DNA from: an uncultured Planctomycetota bacterium
GTDB taxonomy: Bacteria; Planctomycetota; Planctomycetia; Pirellulales; Lacipirellulaceae
Length of the DNA stretch: 64,000 nt
NCBI GenBank assembly: GCA_963719315.1
Contig: CAVRBU010000003.1
Span: 96,001-160,000, forward strand
Direction of reading: 5' to 3'
The position numbers and the translations under genes were made by a program. Position 1 is the stretch's first letter. Every line of letters starts with the position of its first letter. The notes under the pieces are model-generated. The model was not told where the DNA came from and ran no database searches. It worked only from the letters and a program-made list of their open reading frames with translations. Shown piece after piece: positions 63,409-64,000 of this stretch.

Positions 63409-63554
63409 TTGGAACAGGAGGTAACCGAGCCAACCGAGGAAACGAGAATCAGATTCAATACCGTAGCCGAATTCGCAAGAATTCGGAAAACCGTCTTGAA
63501 TCTGCCTCTAGAAATACCACTATTTCTCCGTTCCCTCGGTTACCTTCTTTTCAA
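63409..63554. repeat. Long-loop inverted repeat (REP/MITE-like)
   Basis: TTGGAACAGGAGGTAACCGAG ... CTCGGTTACCTTCTTTTCAA. Confidence 0.6.
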
Positions 63555-63663
63555 AAACCAGCATACGTAGAAGCCAGTTCCTCGCCCTCGAATTTATGCT
63601 CCCCACGCGGCATTCAGACAGGGGAGGTGAACAATCTTGGCCTTTTCCAGGCGTGAAGCTTGG

Positions 63664-63692
63664 TTGAAATTTCGCCCCCCGCGTGGTAAGCT
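63664..63692 (+). promoter_or_regulatory. Possible sigma70 promoter
   Basis: TTGAAA-17 nt-TAAGCT. Confidence 0.35.
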
Positions 63693-63865
63693 GCAGGTGT
63701 TGGGAATGAGAGCGGAGGCGCGGCGAGTCGGGTTATCATCTCTTGTCTTACGTTCGCTATCCTCGCCTGTATTTGAGACCTTGGCAAACGATTTAGTGGG
63801 AAGCTCAGTCGCTTCCTGCTCAAGCTCATTTCCACTTCCTCGGTGGTTCGGGAGGCCGGCCGACC

Positions 63866-64000
63866 ATGGGAATTCAAGTCGAATGTCCCCACGGACATAT
63901 CTTCAAAGTCAAAGATAAATACGCGGGCAAAGTTGGTCTGTGCCCCCATTGCGAGGGCGAGGTCAAGGTCCACGTTCCCGATGCGCTCACGGCTACCCCG
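63866..64000 (+). CDS. Zinc-ribbon protein, N-terminal part (runs off window)
   Basis: GGAGG RBS; MGIQVECPHGHIFKVKDKYAGKVGLCPHC. Confidence 0.75.
   Translation, partial: MGIQVECPHGHIFKVKDKYAGKVGLCPHCEGEVKVHVPDALTATP

Noticed and set aside
63614..63973. 119-aa minus-strand ORF
   Set aside because: Shadow of the plus-strand zinc-ribbon gene, which has an RBS and a recognisable motif.

Overview
GC-rich bacterial chromosome segment, most likely a planctomycete (Pirellulales/Lacipirellulaceae-like). This is inferred from PEP-CTERM proteins with dockerin-like repeats, a planctomycete cytochrome-c domain and 'FSLRTLLI' membrane proteins. Backbone genes: sdhAB, guaB, glnD, a cobalamin adenosyltransferase and ABC transporter parts. 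Main accessory content: (1) a ~15 kb peptidoglycan/MurNAc scavenging locus (XylR-type regulator, anmK, amino-sugar kinase, murQ, Na+/solute symporter, serine hydrolase-NamZ fusion, GGT, Amidase_3) with a shared 16-bp motif in both divergent promoter regions; (2) five complete IS elements (IS630, IS21, IS4, ISKra4, IS66) plus an IS5/IS4-like remnant, three of them inside dead toxin-antitoxin genes the ORF track misses (PemK/MazF; MntA-HepT); (3) a 31-38 kb array of three intact TA pairs and small genes interleaved with many REP-like palindromes and two Y1/HUH transposases; (4) a 3.2-kb integrase-free insert (PrcB-like protein + E-H-S subtilase) bracketed by two synonymously diverged copies of an ABC permease 3' end; (5) a small exported metallothionein-like protein behind a Cys-rich leader ORF. 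About 15 small frameshifts, some in housekeeping genes, point to long-read consensus errors, so frameshift-only pseudogene calls are unreliable. No rRNA, tRNA or CRISPR array seen.
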